From positions 7,204-71,203 of the forward strand of contig CAZRZY010000007.1 of NCBI GenBank assembly GCA_964604655.1: 64,000 nt of DNA. The letters run 5' to 3'. Within the stretch, counting starts at the first letter, position 1. The number at the start of each line of letters is the position of its first letter. This document shows positions 45,844 through 56,202 of the stretch, one piece after another. A model generated the notes under the pieces. That model was not told the DNA's origin. It saw only the letters and a program-made list of their open reading frames with translations, and ran no database searches. The DNA comes from an uncultured Bacteroides sp. GTDB lineage: Bacteria > Bacteroidota > Bacteroidia > Bacteroidales > GCA-2748055. Made by a program: the position numbers and the translations under genes.

Positions 45844-47157
45844 ATGAAAAGGGTTTCCTTCAAAACGCTGGGCTGCCGGCTCAATCAATACGAGACCGAT
45901 GCACTGGTCACTCAGTTCCATTTGGCGGGATACCGGGTGGTCGATTTTTCAGAGCCTGCCGATATCACGGTGATCAATACCTGTACGGTCACCAACCAGA
46001 GTGATCAGAAGTCCAGGAATACCATCAGTCACGCCGCAAGAAAAAATGGAGATTCCCTGGTAATAGTGACCGGATGTATGGCCAATAATCACCGGTCAAA
46101 CCTGGAGGAACAAAAAGAGATCACTTATGTGGTGGATAACAACCGCAAAAGTCAGATTGTGTCGCTGGTCAATGCCCACTACCACGGAGAAATGGTTCAG
46201 CCGGAGACTCTTCCCGGCGATGTATTCGGATTCGAAACAGTCAGGCAGAGTCTGCATACCCGTACGTCCATCAAGATCCAGGATGGTTGCGATAATTTCT
46301 GCACCTATTGTATCGTCCCTTCTGTCAGAGGAAGGGCAGTCAGCCGGCCGGTTGATCAGATTCTCGACAATGTTCGCAGGGTGGTGGATCATGGATTCCG
46401 CGAGATCGTGATCACGGGAGTGAATATCGGAAGGTACGAATATGACATGATTCGGTTCGAGCAGGTGGTGGAAAAGATCGCCTCCCTTCCGGACGACTTC
46501 CGCATACGGATCTCCTCCCTGGAACCCGATGGATTCGGACCCGATTTTCACCAGCTTTTTGCTCATCCGAAGATGACCCCTCATCTGCACCTCTGTATCC
46601 AGAGCGGATCGGACCCTGTCCTCCTGAAAATGCGCCGGATGTATACGGTGTCCTCATTCATGGAGATCCTGGAGAGGTTCAGGAAGCATGATCCGGACTT
46701 CAATTTCACTACCGATGTGATTGTAGGATTTCCCGGGGAATCAGAGGAAGATTTCAGGAAGACTGCTGCTATCTGCAGGGAAGCGCTCTTCAGTCACATT
46801 CATACTTTTCGCTATTCGAGGAGAAAAGGAACCCGTGCCGACCGGATGGCGGGCCAGGTGGAGGAAAAGATCAAAACCGAGCGGAGCAGCATCATCCGAG
46901 AAATCTCGGAGAAGAACAGACTGCAATATATGGAATCCATGATGGGGCGTCTGCAGCGTGTGCTGGTGGAAAAAGTTGACCCGGAAGGCTCGGCCCAAGG
47001 CTATGGGGAGCACTATCTGCCCGTGACCTTCCCCGGAATGGATGAGCAGAAGAATACCTTCCGGCAGGTGTTACTTCGTCAGGTGGAAGATGAATCTCAA
47101 CCTGTGCTTATCGGCGAAATTCTAAAGAATGACCGGGTCACATCAACTCGGTACTGA
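45844..47157 (+). CDS. mtaB: Radical-SAM tRNA methylthiotransferase, MtaB-like
   Basis: The UPF0004 N-terminus reads FKTLGCRLNQYETDAL, the radical-SAM motif is CDNFCTYC, and a TRAM-like C-terminus is present. Confidence 0.88.
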   Translation: MKRVSFKTLGCRLNQYETDALVTQFHLAGYRVVDFSEPADITVINTCTVTNQSDQKSRNTISHAARKNGDSLVIVTGCMANNHRSNLEEQKEITYVVDNNRKSQIVSLVNAHYHGEMVQPETLPGDVFGFETVRQSLHTRTSIKIQDGCDNFCTYCIVPSVRGRAVSRPVDQILDNVRRVVDHGFREIVITGVNIGRYEYDMIRFEQVVEKIASLPDDFRIRISSLEPDGFGPDFHQLFAHPKMTPHLHLCIQSGSDPVLLKMRRMYTVSSFMEILERFRKHDPDFNFTTDVIVGFPGESEEDFRKTAAICREALFSHIHTFRYSRRKGTRADRMAGQVEEKIKTERSSIIREISEKNRLQYMESMMGRLQRVLVEKVDPEGSAQGYGEHYLPVTFPGMDEQKNTFRQVLLRQVEDESQPVLIGEILKNDRVTSTRY

Positions 47158-47232
47158 TTCCGAATTCCTCCAGGATCATATTTTTTAAATAGTGGGCCTG
47201 AGTGCTGTTCTCCCGCTGAAAATAGATGCGGG

Positions 47233-47628
47233 TTATTCCCTTTCCAGTTTCAAGCCAAAATAGAGGTGGTCGATCATCTTCCCCTCGATTTTGGCAATCC
47301 CCGGCATCCTCCCCCATTCTTGGAATCCGAATTTGTAGAGCAGTGACTTGCTGGAAGGATTCTTATCAAGCAGTATGGCTATAAGTGCCTCCATACAGAA
47401 CCGGGGAGCAACCCCGATGACATACTCAAGCAAACTGCTCCCTACCCCCTTTCCGCGGTTTCCAGACTCCACATAGAAACTCACCTCGGCCACATGTGCC
47501 AATGCCTGCCTGTCTGATCGATAGGGTCCCAGGGAGATCCAACCTAAGATTTCCCGGTTATCTGCAGCCACATACACAGGAAAACGGTCCGGATCATGCA
47601 ATCGGAACCATTCCAACCGTTCGGACAT
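47233..47628 (-). CDS. GNAT-family N-acetyltransferase (phosphinothricin-acetyltransferase-like), apparently N-terminally short
   Basis: The acetyl-CoA motif is NRGKGVGSSLL. At 131 aa it appears to lack the usual first strand and helix. Confidence 0.75.
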   Translation of the reverse strand: MSERLEWFRLHDPDRFPVYVAADNREILGWISLGPYRSDRQALAHVAEVSFYVESGNRGKGVGSSLLEYVIGVAPRFCMEALIAILLDKNPSSKSLLYKFGFQEWGRMPGIAKIEGKMIDHLYFGLKLERE

Positions 47629-47748
47629 TGGGATGGGTAAAAGATGGTCCCAATAAAATTAAAATAAACCAGCATGACTTAAACCTTTAGACGGACTCAG
47701 GGTCAAATTATCTATCTTTGCCCGTTGCTTTGAAATGATCCATCGTTC

Positions 47749-48930
47749 ATGAGAAAAATAGACCGAAGAATTGTCATCATTGTCAGTGTGATATTCATAC
47801 TGGGACTAGCCTACGGAATCATGCGCTTTTTGATTGCCATGAAAGAGGAACCTCCCTCCCTCCGTCCCATTGAGGCCAGACGCTATGTGAAGACTGAAGT
47901 GGTCGAGTACCGGGATATCGCTGCAACAGTCAGTGAAGGGGGCCGATTATTGCCGGTGGCTGAATTCGATATCATCGCGGAGGCCTCAGGGAGATTACAG
48001 CCCGGAGAGGTATCCCTGAAGCAGGGTGCCCGATTTTCCAAAGGAGAGGTGCTATTCGTGGTCTATCCGGATGAAGCAATACTTTCATTGCAAGCTCGTA
48101 AAAGCCAGTATCAGAATCAGCTGGCAGGCATACTCCCTGATCTGATGATTGATTACCCAGCCTATGAGAAAGGATTCAGGGATTTCTTTAATGCCATCTC
48201 GGTCGACCAGCCTCTTCCCCCTTATCCCGAAGTGGAGGATGAACAGTTGAAGATCTTTCTGGCCAGCCGGAATGTGATCGGCGAATACTATAACATCCAG
48301 CGGGATGAACTGCAACTTCTCCGAAGGACCACTATCGCACCTTTCAACGGAACATTCAAGGAGGTATACATGGAGCTGGGCACTTACACCAACACCGGAG
48401 GAAGGGTGGCAAGGGCTATCCGTACGGATGAGCTGGAATTGCAGGTACCTCTGGAAAAGCCCGATGCAGCCTGGGTGAAGATTGGTGATCGTGTGATCGT
48501 GGAATCGGAAAACAGAACCCGCACCTGGGATGGAAAGGTCATACGCAAAAGTCCGTTCGTGGATGAAAACACCCAGTCCCAGCTTGTATTTATCCACATC
48601 AATTACCGATCCGACCAGCCCCTTCTGGCCGGTGAGTACCTGTTTGCCACGTTCCCCGTCAGACCTATTGAAAAAGTCATGGAGATCCCGCGTAACGCGG
48701 TGTTCAATTTCAATGAGATATTCCTGGTCAAGGGGGGCCGTCTGGCAAAGAGCTCGATCGATATCGTCAAGGTCAATGAACGGACCCTGATCTTCCAGGG
48801 GCTGCCCGAAGGAGATACCATGGTGGTTCAACAACTGATCAATGTGTCGGAAGGTACACTGGTACAGTTGGACAACGAAACAGGCAGGACAGGAGGTCCA
48901 TCACGGGAAAAACAGGGGGAGAGACCATGA
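47749..48930 (+). CDS. RND efflux periplasmic adaptor (HlyD/MFP family)
   Basis: It has an N-terminal TM anchor and lipoyl/hairpin/beta-barrel regions. It overlaps the RND pump gene by 4 nt. Confidence 0.88.
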   Translation: MRKIDRRIVIIVSVIFILGLAYGIMRFLIAMKEEPPSLRPIEARRYVKTEVVEYRDIAATVSEGGRLLPVAEFDIIAEASGRLQPGEVSLKQGARFSKGEVLFVVYPDEAILSLQARKSQYQNQLAGILPDLMIDYPAYEKGFRDFFNAISVDQPLPPYPEVEDEQLKIFLASRNVIGEYYNIQRDELQLLRRTTIAPFNGTFKEVYMELGTYTNTGGRVARAIRTDELELQVPLEKPDAAWVKIGDRVIVESENRTRTWDGKVIRKSPFVDENTQSQLVFIHINYRSDQPLLAGEYLFATFPVRPIEKVMEIPRNAVFNFNEIFLVKGGRLAKSSIDIVKVNERTLIFQGLPEGDTMVVQQLINVSEGTLVQLDNETGRTGGPSREKQGERP

Positions 48931-51900
48931 AAAGGATCATCGAACGATTTGTGGAGTTCCCGGTTTATGCCAACCTGATCATAGCTATCGTTCTGCTGGC
49001 GGGAGGGGTGGGCCTCTCCAATATGAAAAAGGCATTCTTCCCGGAAAGGGAGAGCCGGTTTATTTCCGTTTCAGTCTTCTATCCCGGAGCCTCCCCGGTG
49101 GAGATGGAGGAGGGCGTTACTACACGGATCGAGGAAGCGGTACGCGGACTGGTGGGGATCAAGGAGATTACCTCCACATCAGTGGAAAATATGTGCTCCG
49201 TATCCATTGAGACCACCGGTGAATACCCGATCAATGAGGTACTACAGGAAGTGAAGAACGCAGTGGACGGAATCTCCTCCCTTCCCACTGCAGCAGAAAG
49301 GCCTATTGTTTCCAAACAGCGCTCCCGGGCCCCCGCACTTCGCCTGGAGCTGGTTCCGGTCGATGATTTGGATATGGACCTGATGACTCTTAAGGAACAC
49401 GCCCAGCGGATCGAGGAAGACTTTTTCAACTCGGGGGTCATGAGTCAGATCTCCATATCCGGCTTTCCCCAACCAGAGATCTCCGTAGAGATCATGGAGG
49501 AGGAGCTTCTTCGCTACAACATGACTTTCGATCAGATTGTCAGGGCCATTCAGAACAATAACAGGGATGTTTCGGGTGGCGAGATCAAATCGGAGGAGGA
49601 GGAATTTCTGATTCGGCTCCGCTCCCGCAGTGCCGACCCCAATAAAATCGGGAACATTATTCTGCGGGGTAATACCGCCGGCGGATACATACGAATACGC
49701 GATGTAGCAGAGGTGAAAATCAAATTCGCCGATTCTCCCAATAAACGGTGGACCAACGGAAAACCCTCCGTGGCCATCCGTGTGGAAAAACTGCCGGAAG
49801 AAGACCTGGACGAGATCACCGAATTCGGAATGCAGTATATCGAGGAGTTCAATAACCGGAACCAGGGGGTGGAACTGATCGTTTCAAGAGCTCATCTGGA
49901 TATCCTCAATAGCCGGCTGGACCTGCTTACCAGTAATGGATTACTGGGCCTCATTCTGGTGGTCATAGCCCTGACCATTTTTCTTAATTTCCGCCTGTCG
50001 CTCTGGGTATCCTTCGGAATTCCCTTTAGTTTCCTGGCCATGTTTATGGTGGCGAATCTGCTGGGTGTGACCATCAACCTTCAGTCGCTGTTCGGAATGA
50101 TCCTGGTAATCGGGATACTGGTGGACGACGGGATCGTCATTGCGGAAAACATCTATCTCCATTTTGAACGGGGAAAGTCCCCGATGCATGCTGCGGTGGA
50201 TGGAACTATGGAGGTGCTGCCGGCTGTTCTTACCTCGGTGCTCACGACCATCGTGGCATTCGCCCCGCTGCTTTTTCTGGCCGGTACCCGGATGGAGATG
50301 ATGATCCACGTGGCCATCGTGGTGATCGCATCGCTCTTTTTCTCCCTCTTCGAGGCATTCCTGGTACTTCCGGCACACCTGGGCAGCCACCGGATCCTGA
50401 GCCAGAAGAGCCTGGAAGCGAAGAATAAGGGATTGCGCAAATTCTTTTACCGGTTTATTATCTGGCTGAGGGACCGGATCTACAACCATTACCTGGGCTG
50501 GGCTGTCAAATGGAGATATATTGCTTCGACCATCCCGGTGGGTCTGGTCCTGATCACCCTGGGGCTCTTCCTGGGAGGCCATATCCGTAATACGTTCTTC
50601 CCGATGGTGGACTTCGACAGCTTCACGCTGAATGTGGCCTTCACCCCCGGGGACGGAGAGAAGCAGACCCTCGAATTTATGAGCCGCTTTGAACAAGCTA
50701 TCTGGGAAGCGAATGACGAGCTTTCCGAAGAGCTGGGTCTGGACCACGACATCATTGAAAGGGTCAGTAAAAGCATGGGGAATGCCTTTAACGGCCAGGA
50801 GCGGGGAGCTCATGCAGGAAGCATCATGGTTTTTCCGGTAGACCTGGAAGCTTATCCTGTTTCCGGAAGAGATATTTCCAACCGGGTGAACCGGAAGATC
50901 GGCAAGGTACCTGAGGCCAGGAAGTTCACCGTGGGTGGGAGAAATCGATGGGGCTCACCCGTTTCGATCGGTCTGATGTCGAAAAACCTTCAGGAGCTGG
51001 AAGAGGCCAAGGACTTTATGATTGACCGGTTAAACGAAATGCCCCAGCTGAAGGATGTGAATGAAAACATTGCACTGGGTAAGCAGGAAATCAGGCTGGA
51101 CCTGAAGCCAAAAGCCTACTTCCTGGGGCTGGACGAAGCTTCCATCGCTTCCCAGGTGCGACAGGGTTTTTACGGAGCTCAGGCACAGCGTCTGCAGGTG
51201 GGCCGAGATGAATTACGGATCTGGGTCCGGTACCCCAAATCGGATCGCATGACCCTGGGACAGATGGAGCAGATGAAGATTAAAACTGCCGGCGGTATCT
51301 ATCCGCTTTCGGAGCTGGCCGATTACCACATGGAAAGGGGACCGGTGGCCATCAACCGTTTCAATGGTTCCAGGGAGATCAGGGTGGAAGCGGAGACCGT
51401 TGACCCTCTGGCTTCGGTTCCGGAGATCCTGAATCAGGTGGAAGCTCAAATCATTCCCGATCTGAAGTCGCGCTTTGACGGGATCCGGGTGGTGTACCAG
51501 GGACAGCAGAAATACAGCAGGGAAGCCATGAGCAAGGCCAGCAGATTCTACCTGATCGCTTTTGCCATCATTTTTATGATCCTGGTCACGCATTTCCGTA
51601 GTGTACCGAAAGCAGTGATCATCATCATGATGATCCCGGTATCTCTTCTGGGAGTGGCCTGGGGTCACGGTCTTCACGGACAGCCACTTTCCATAATGAG
51701 TTTGTGGGGTGCCGTGGCTCTCACCGGTGTCATTATCAATGATGCCATTGTTTTCTTTACTAAGTTCGACGGATTGCTGATTGAGGGATATAACGTGAAG
51801 GAGGCGGTGAAGGAGGCCGGAAAAATTCGACTGCGCCCCATTATCCTCACCTCCATTACCACCACCATCGGATTGTTCCCCATGTTGTTCGAAAAGAGCG

Positions 51901-52169
51901 TTCAGGCACAGTTTCTTATCCCCATGGCCATCAGCCTGGCTTACGGAGTTTTTATCGGGACCATATTCATCCTTCTGTTCTTCCCGGTGCTGATCATGCT
52001 GTTAAGTGATCTGAGAGTGTACGCCAATTATCTCTGGACCGGGAATAAACCGAATCCGGAAGAGGTGGAGACTGTGATGATCAATCATAAAAGAAAATTG
52101 AAGTTCGAAAAAAACGGAATCAGAGACGAAGATGAATCCGAAATGCAAGATCCTGCCAATGAAAGCTAA
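48927..52169 (+). CDS. RND efflux transporter permease (AcrB family)
   Basis: It is 1080 aa with a 12-TM layout and two large periplasmic loops. It contains GMILVIGILVDDGIVIAENI. Confidence 0.95.
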   Translation: MKRIIERFVEFPVYANLIIAIVLLAGGVGLSNMKKAFFPERESRFISVSVFYPGASPVEMEEGVTTRIEEAVRGLVGIKEITSTSVENMCSVSIETTGEYPINEVLQEVKNAVDGISSLPTAAERPIVSKQRSRAPALRLELVPVDDLDMDLMTLKEHAQRIEEDFFNSGVMSQISISGFPQPEISVEIMEEELLRYNMTFDQIVRAIQNNNRDVSGGEIKSEEEEFLIRLRSRSADPNKIGNIILRGNTAGGYIRIRDVAEVKIKFADSPNKRWTNGKPSVAIRVEKLPEEDLDEITEFGMQYIEEFNNRNQGVELIVSRAHLDILNSRLDLLTSNGLLGLILVVIALTIFLNFRLSLWVSFGIPFSFLAMFMVANLLGVTINLQSLFGMILVIGILVDDGIVIAENIYLHFERGKSPMHAAVDGTMEVLPAVLTSVLTTIVAFAPLLFLAGTRMEMMIHVAIVVIASLFFSLFEAFLVLPAHLGSHRILSQKSLEAKNKGLRKFFYRFIIWLRDRIYNHYLGWAVKWRYIASTIPVGLVLITLGLFLGGHIRNTFFPMVDFDSFTLNVAFTPGDGEKQTLEFMSRFEQAIWEANDELSEELGLDHDIIERVSKSMGNAFNGQERGAHAGSIMVFPVDLEAYPVSGRDISNRVNRKIGKVPEARKFTVGGRNRWGSPVSIGLMSKNLQELEEAKDFMIDRLNEMPQLKDVNENIALGKQEIRLDLKPKAYFLGLDEASIASQVRQGFYGAQAQRLQVGRDELRIWVRYPKSDRMTLGQMEQMKIKTAGGIYPLSELADYHMERGPVAINRFNGSREIRVEAETVDPLASVPEILNQVEAQIIPDLKSRFDGIRVVYQGQQKYSREAMSKASRFYLIAFAIIFMILVTHFRSVPKAVIIIMMIPVSLLGVAWGHGLHGQPLSIMSLWGAVALTGVIINDAIVFFTKFDGLLIEGYNVKEAVKEAGKIRLRPIILTSITTTIGLFPMLFEKSVQAQFLIPMAISLAYGVFIGTIFILLFFPVLIMLLSDLRVYANYLWTGNKPNPEEVETVMINHKRKLKFEKNGIRDEDESEMQDPANES

Positions 52170-53457
52170 GAGATTCAGGTCCGCCTTGATGATTATTTGC
52201 TGGTTTTGGTTCGCAACAGTGATATCCCAGGATCTCACCCTGTCCGGAGCCATCGAAAAATCACTGGAGAAAAACTACGGCATTGTTATTTCCAGGGCCG
52301 ATAAACAGGTGGCTGCCATAAACAATGACTGGGGCAATGCAGGCAGATATCCCACCATCGGGTTCGATCTTTCAGATAATCTGAGTGGCGAACTTGGAAC
52401 CACAGCTTACAGCAACAGGCTAACCGGAGGTGTTGGACTGAACTGGATCCTTTTTGACGGATTCAGGGTATCCCGGACAAAGTCCCAGCTGGAAAGTCTG
52501 GAGGAGCTGGCATCGGGTACGCTGGGTGTCACCCTGGAATCGACTATCCAGGAGGTGATCCTGGCCTATTTCAACATCCTGCTCCAAATGGAACAGCTGG
52601 AAGTGCTAAGAACGGTGATGGATCTTTCTCTGGACAGGTACCAGTATGAACAGACCCGTCAGCAACTTGGCGGCTCGGTCACTTATAATGTATTGCAGGC
52701 ACAGAATGTATACCTGAACGACAAGGCCATTTTCCTGAATCAGGAGGTGGTGGTCAGAAATGCGGTCAGAAACCTCAACTTCCTGATGGGTGAGGATGCG
52801 ATCCGAACCTGGGAATTCAATGAGGTATTCGAAGCCGATACATCCCGGTATGTACTGGCCGATCTCCTTTCAAAGATGTCCTCCAGCAATCAGGTTCTGA
52901 AAAACCAGTACACCAACCTGCTGCTGAAGGAAAAACTGACCTCCCTCAGGGAATCGGATTTTTACCCCACCGTCTCCTTAGGAACCGGCATGGACTATAC
53001 CCATGCGTGGTCGTGGTCGGATGGTTCTGAAACCCTGAACAACGGAGGCTTCAATCCCTATGGAAATATCCGGATTTCCTACGACATTTACAGTGCCGGG
53101 GTTCGCCGAAGGTCTCTTGAGGTAGCCCGGATCAACGAAGAGATCGCCCGGGTGGCGGTCGATCAGATGGAACATGCACTGACCAACGAATTGTTCAACC
53201 TGTTCGATTATTACGAAGTAAGGATTGCCCTGCTTCAGGTGGCGGAGGAGAACCTGGAAGCCGCTGAGCTCAATCTCTCTATTTCGGAGGAGAAGTACAA
53301 ATCGGGGGTCATCAACTCATTCAATTACCGTGATATTCAATTGATCTACCTGAATGCAGCTGTCGGCCGGCTTCAGGCTGTCTACAACCTGATTAACTCC
53401 CGAACACAGCTTACCAGGATTACGGGAGGATTTCTGGGGTATCAGACACAAGAATAA
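52159..53457 (+). CDS. TolC-family outer-membrane efflux protein
   Basis: It has a signal peptide (MKAKRFRSALMIICWFWFATVISQ) and repeated coiled-coil/beta halves. I prefer the internal ATG 52159. Confidence 0.86.
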   Translation: MKAKRFRSALMIICWFWFATVISQDLTLSGAIEKSLEKNYGIVISRADKQVAAINNDWGNAGRYPTIGFDLSDNLSGELGTTAYSNRLTGGVGLNWILFDGFRVSRTKSQLESLEELASGTLGVTLESTIQEVILAYFNILLQMEQLEVLRTVMDLSLDRYQYEQTRQQLGGSVTYNVLQAQNVYLNDKAIFLNQEVVVRNAVRNLNFLMGEDAIRTWEFNEVFEADTSRYVLADLLSKMSSSNQVLKNQYTNLLLKEKLTSLRESDFYPTVSLGTGMDYTHAWSWSDGSETLNNGGFNPYGNIRISYDIYSAGVRRRSLEVARINEEIARVAVDQMEHALTNELFNLFDYYEVRIALLQVAEENLEAAELNLSISEEKYKSGVINSFNYRDIQLIYLNAAVGRLQAVYNLINSRTQLTRITGGFLGYQTQE

Positions 53458-53480
53458 ACCAGATTTCGTATTTTAGGGTC

Positions 53481-54521
53481 ATGCTGATTCAGAATCTTAT
53501 CCGTTTCCTGGCCATAGCCACCATCGTCATGGCTGGTTGCAAAAGAGAACCCGGCACCTATATCATGACCGTTAATGGTCCTGTATCCGCAGACAAACTG
53601 GGAATGGCGCTGACCCATGAACATCTCCTGGTCGATTTCATCGGAGCGGACAGTACCGGTTACCACCGATGGGACAGACAGGAGGTTGAACAAAGAGTTC
53701 TTCCCTTTCTGGAGGAGGCCCGCTCCAGGGGTATACAGGCTATCATGGAATGTACCCCGGCCTATCTGGGCCGTGATCCGGAGTTATTGAGGTCCCTTTC
53801 CGGAAAAAGCGGTGTGGCATTGATCACCAATACGGGGTATTACGGTGCCCGCCAGAACCGGTTTCTTCCTCCGGAGTTTTTTCAGAAGGACGCCGAAGAA
53901 ATAGCCTCGCTCTGGATCCAGGAATGGAAGGAGGGGATCGAAGGAACCGGCATACGGCCGGGATTTATCAAAATCGGCGTGGATTCACATGACACGCTTA
54001 CCCCGGATCACTGGAAGATCGTTCATGCAGCGGCCCTCACCCACCAGGGGACCGGCCTGGTGATTGCCTCCCATACCGGCCCCGATGCACCCGCATTCGA
54101 ACAGCTGGAGATCATCACCTCCTGCGGGATCGAACCGTCGGCCTTCATCTGGGTACATGCCCAAAACGGCACTCTGAAGGGGAACAAGGAGGCAGCCATG
54201 AGGGGTGCCTGGATATCCCTTGACAATGTGAACGGCGAATATGCTACCGGAAATACGGACCGCAGAAACGCCCTCGCATGGTACGCCGAGCGGATCACCG
54301 CCTTAAAAGAAGCGGGCCTGCTTCACAGAGTGCTGATCTCCCACGATGCCGGATGGTATTCACCCGGTCAGGAAAATGGCGGGGATTTCAGGGGTTTTAC
54401 CGCAATATCTGACCAGTTACTCCCATTGCTGGAGCAGTTGGGCTTTACGAAAGGTGAGTTGGAGCAATTGATGATCATCAATCCCAGAGAGGCATTCTCC
54501 ATATGTTCCACATCATCCTGA
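53481..54521 (+). CDS. Phosphotriesterase-homology (PTE family amidohydrolase) lipoprotein
   Basis: The lipobox is VMAGC. It carries the LTHEHLLVDF metal-binding motif, and the HTG and SHD motifs are present. Confidence 0.86.
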   Translation: MLIQNLIRFLAIATIVMAGCKREPGTYIMTVNGPVSADKLGMALTHEHLLVDFIGADSTGYHRWDRQEVEQRVLPFLEEARSRGIQAIMECTPAYLGRDPELLRSLSGKSGVALITNTGYYGARQNRFLPPEFFQKDAEEIASLWIQEWKEGIEGTGIRPGFIKIGVDSHDTLTPDHWKIVHAAALTHQGTGLVIASHTGPDAPAFEQLEIITSCGIEPSAFIWVHAQNGTLKGNKEAAMRGAWISLDNVNGEYATGNTDRRNALAWYAERITALKEAGLLHRVLISHDAGWYSPGQENGGDFRGFTAISDQLLPLLEQLGFTKGELEQLMIINPREAFSICSTSS

Positions 54522-54587
54522 CAGGGGTTTACAGGAATCTATTGTTTTCTTATATTTTGTCTCCCCAAATCCTTAAAATTCTGTACA

Positions 54588-54998
54588 ATGAACCAGAACT
54601 ATTATTGCCCGATTTGCAAGAGCAACATGAATATCGGAAACTCCCTTGTATTCTCCGCCAAGTCACCCGAAAACGAGAAGGGGTTGATTTTTTTGGATAC
54701 CGAGCTCGGTAATTACCATAAAACCACCCATCCGGAATTCCACCTGGAAGAAGGAGTAGAGTACAAATTTTACTGTCCTGTATGCCACGCCAAGCTCAAC
54801 AGGCAGGACAATCCGAACCTGGTTATGGTACTAATGAGTGATGATACCGGGAAGGATTTCGAAATCATGATTTCCAATATCATCGGCGAGCGCTGCACCT
54901 ACAAGGTAAAGGAAAAGAATGTGGAGGAATTTGGTCCCGACGCCGACCGTTACCGCAAGTATCTGGATGTTCCTGCGGAGTATAAGAAGTACCTCTGA
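54588..54998 (+). CDS. Hypothetical zinc-ribbon protein
   Basis: It has two CPxC pairs (CPICKS and CPVCHA). I do not recognise the family. Confidence 0.6.
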   Translation: MNQNYYCPICKSNMNIGNSLVFSAKSPENEKGLIFLDTELGNYHKTTHPEFHLEEGVEYKFYCPVCHAKLNRQDNPNLVMVLMSDDTGKDFEIMISNIIGERCTYKVKEKNVEEFGPDADRYRKYLDVPAEYKKYL

Positions 54999-55073
54999 TA
55001 ATAAAAAGTTAGGCGGACGGCATTATTTTTTCGTTTTTTTCGTTATGTTCAACGGAATTGAACCTCGAAAATA

Positions 55074-55691
55074 ATGAAGAACAACCGATTACTACTGGTC
55101 GCAATCCTGGCGATATTGACCGGGATCCCCGCGTCGCACAAGCTGATAGCGCAATCACAAAATGTCACACCGGAAGTATTTGATACTGCTTCCATGGAAG
55201 GGCAGCTGGAGTACATGGAACAGCGCACAAGGATATATAATGGTTTTCGTGCCATTCGGGAGGATATGTTCCAGAAATTGCAGAGGAATGTCCGCGATTC
55301 GATCATTCAGGCAACCGCCGAGATTGGACAACTGAACCAAGAGATCACCAGAAGGGATTCCAGGATCGGGACTCTTCAGACCGAACTGGAAAAGATAAAG
55401 GAAGAGAGAGATCAGGCGATCCGTACCAAGGAAAGTTTCGCTTTACTGGGTATGGAAATCAACAAGCGCATTTACAACACCATACTCTGGCTGATCATTC
55501 TGGGGCTTGCCGCAGCCTCCATCCTCATGTTTCTGCTGTTTAAGCGCTCCAATGCCGTTACTGCCCGGTTGAAAAGTGAACTGGAGAAAACACGGGAGGA
55601 ATTTGAAACATACAGGACCACGGCAAGGGAGAAGCAGGAAAAAATGGTGGTAGCCCACCATAACGAGATGATGAAACTCAGGAAGGGCTAG
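55074..55691 (+). CDS. Hypothetical coiled-coil membrane protein
   Basis: It has a signal peptide, a heptad-rich segment (IGQLNQEITRRDSRIGTLQTELEKIKEERDQ), one TM helix and a charged tail. Confidence 0.65.
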   Translation: MKNNRLLLVAILAILTGIPASHKLIAQSQNVTPEVFDTASMEGQLEYMEQRTRIYNGFRAIREDMFQKLQRNVRDSIIQATAEIGQLNQEITRRDSRIGTLQTELEKIKEERDQAIRTKESFALLGMEINKRIYNTILWLIILGLAAASILMFLLFKRSNAVTARLKSELEKTREEFETYRTTAREKQEKMVVAHHNEMMKLRKG

Positions 55692-56112
55692 TCCTTTTCA
55701 ACCCGGAAATAAATCCATCGATCATCGGAACCAGTTCCTCTATCCGGGAATAGGATTCCACTTTCAAATCGAGGCAGCCGGCTATCATAGCCGATAAATG
55801 TCCGCTCAGTGAGGGATTGAACAGGCAAAGGACCGGTTTTCCCCTCTCCAGGGACCGGCCGATTTCATAACCCACCCCAAGGCTGGGAACGGTCACTTCG
55901 GCCACAATGAGGTCAGATTCTGCGATCCATCCGAGATCACGGTCGTGAATTTGCATATCGGTCAACTGGCGGTCTTTGGTCTCAATGGCCGCATCATTCC
56001 CGATATGTTCTGAAATCACTTGCCCATACTTCTTCAGTAACCCGACAATATCAGCATAGACAGCGGCAAGTTGCCGGCCTCCCCTGATCGAACCGCAAAA
56101 ATAGATCTTCAT
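55678..56112 (-). CDS. Nucleoside 2-deoxyribosyltransferase-like / DNPH1 (Rcl)-like protein
   Basis: It reads MKIYFCGSIRGGR...VAEVTVPSLGVGYEIG. I prefer ATG 56112 to the ORF-track start 56220. Confidence 0.8.
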   Translation of the reverse strand: MKIYFCGSIRGGRQLAAVYADIVGLLKKYGQVISEHIGNDAAIETKDRQLTDMQIHDRDLGWIAESDLIVAEVTVPSLGVGYEIGRSLERGKPVLCLFNPSLSGHLSAMIAGCLDLKVESYSRIEELVPMIDGFISGLKRTSPS

Positions 56113-56202
56113 GCCTCCTGAATGAATTAAGATTGACTTTACCTGCAGATGACATGAAATTAGTACATTAGTCTTTCTTAAGCAACCAACGACCCAGTAA
56201 CC

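Noticed and set aside
47158-47232. A protein-like minus-strand reading (IYFQRENSTQAHYLKNMILEEFGI..) in the spacer after the GNAT gene.
   Set aside because: It is short, has no start, runs into the mtaB 3' end on the opposite strand, and matches nothing I recognise. It is probably chance.
49941-50813. A 290-aa minus-strand ORF inside the RND pump gene. Similar cases occur at 12416-13267 inside the sensor gene and 33445-34155 inside the FtsX gene.
   Set aside because: Each is antisense to a long gene with clear family motifs. The products are rich in His/Gln/Asp and have no plausible domain.
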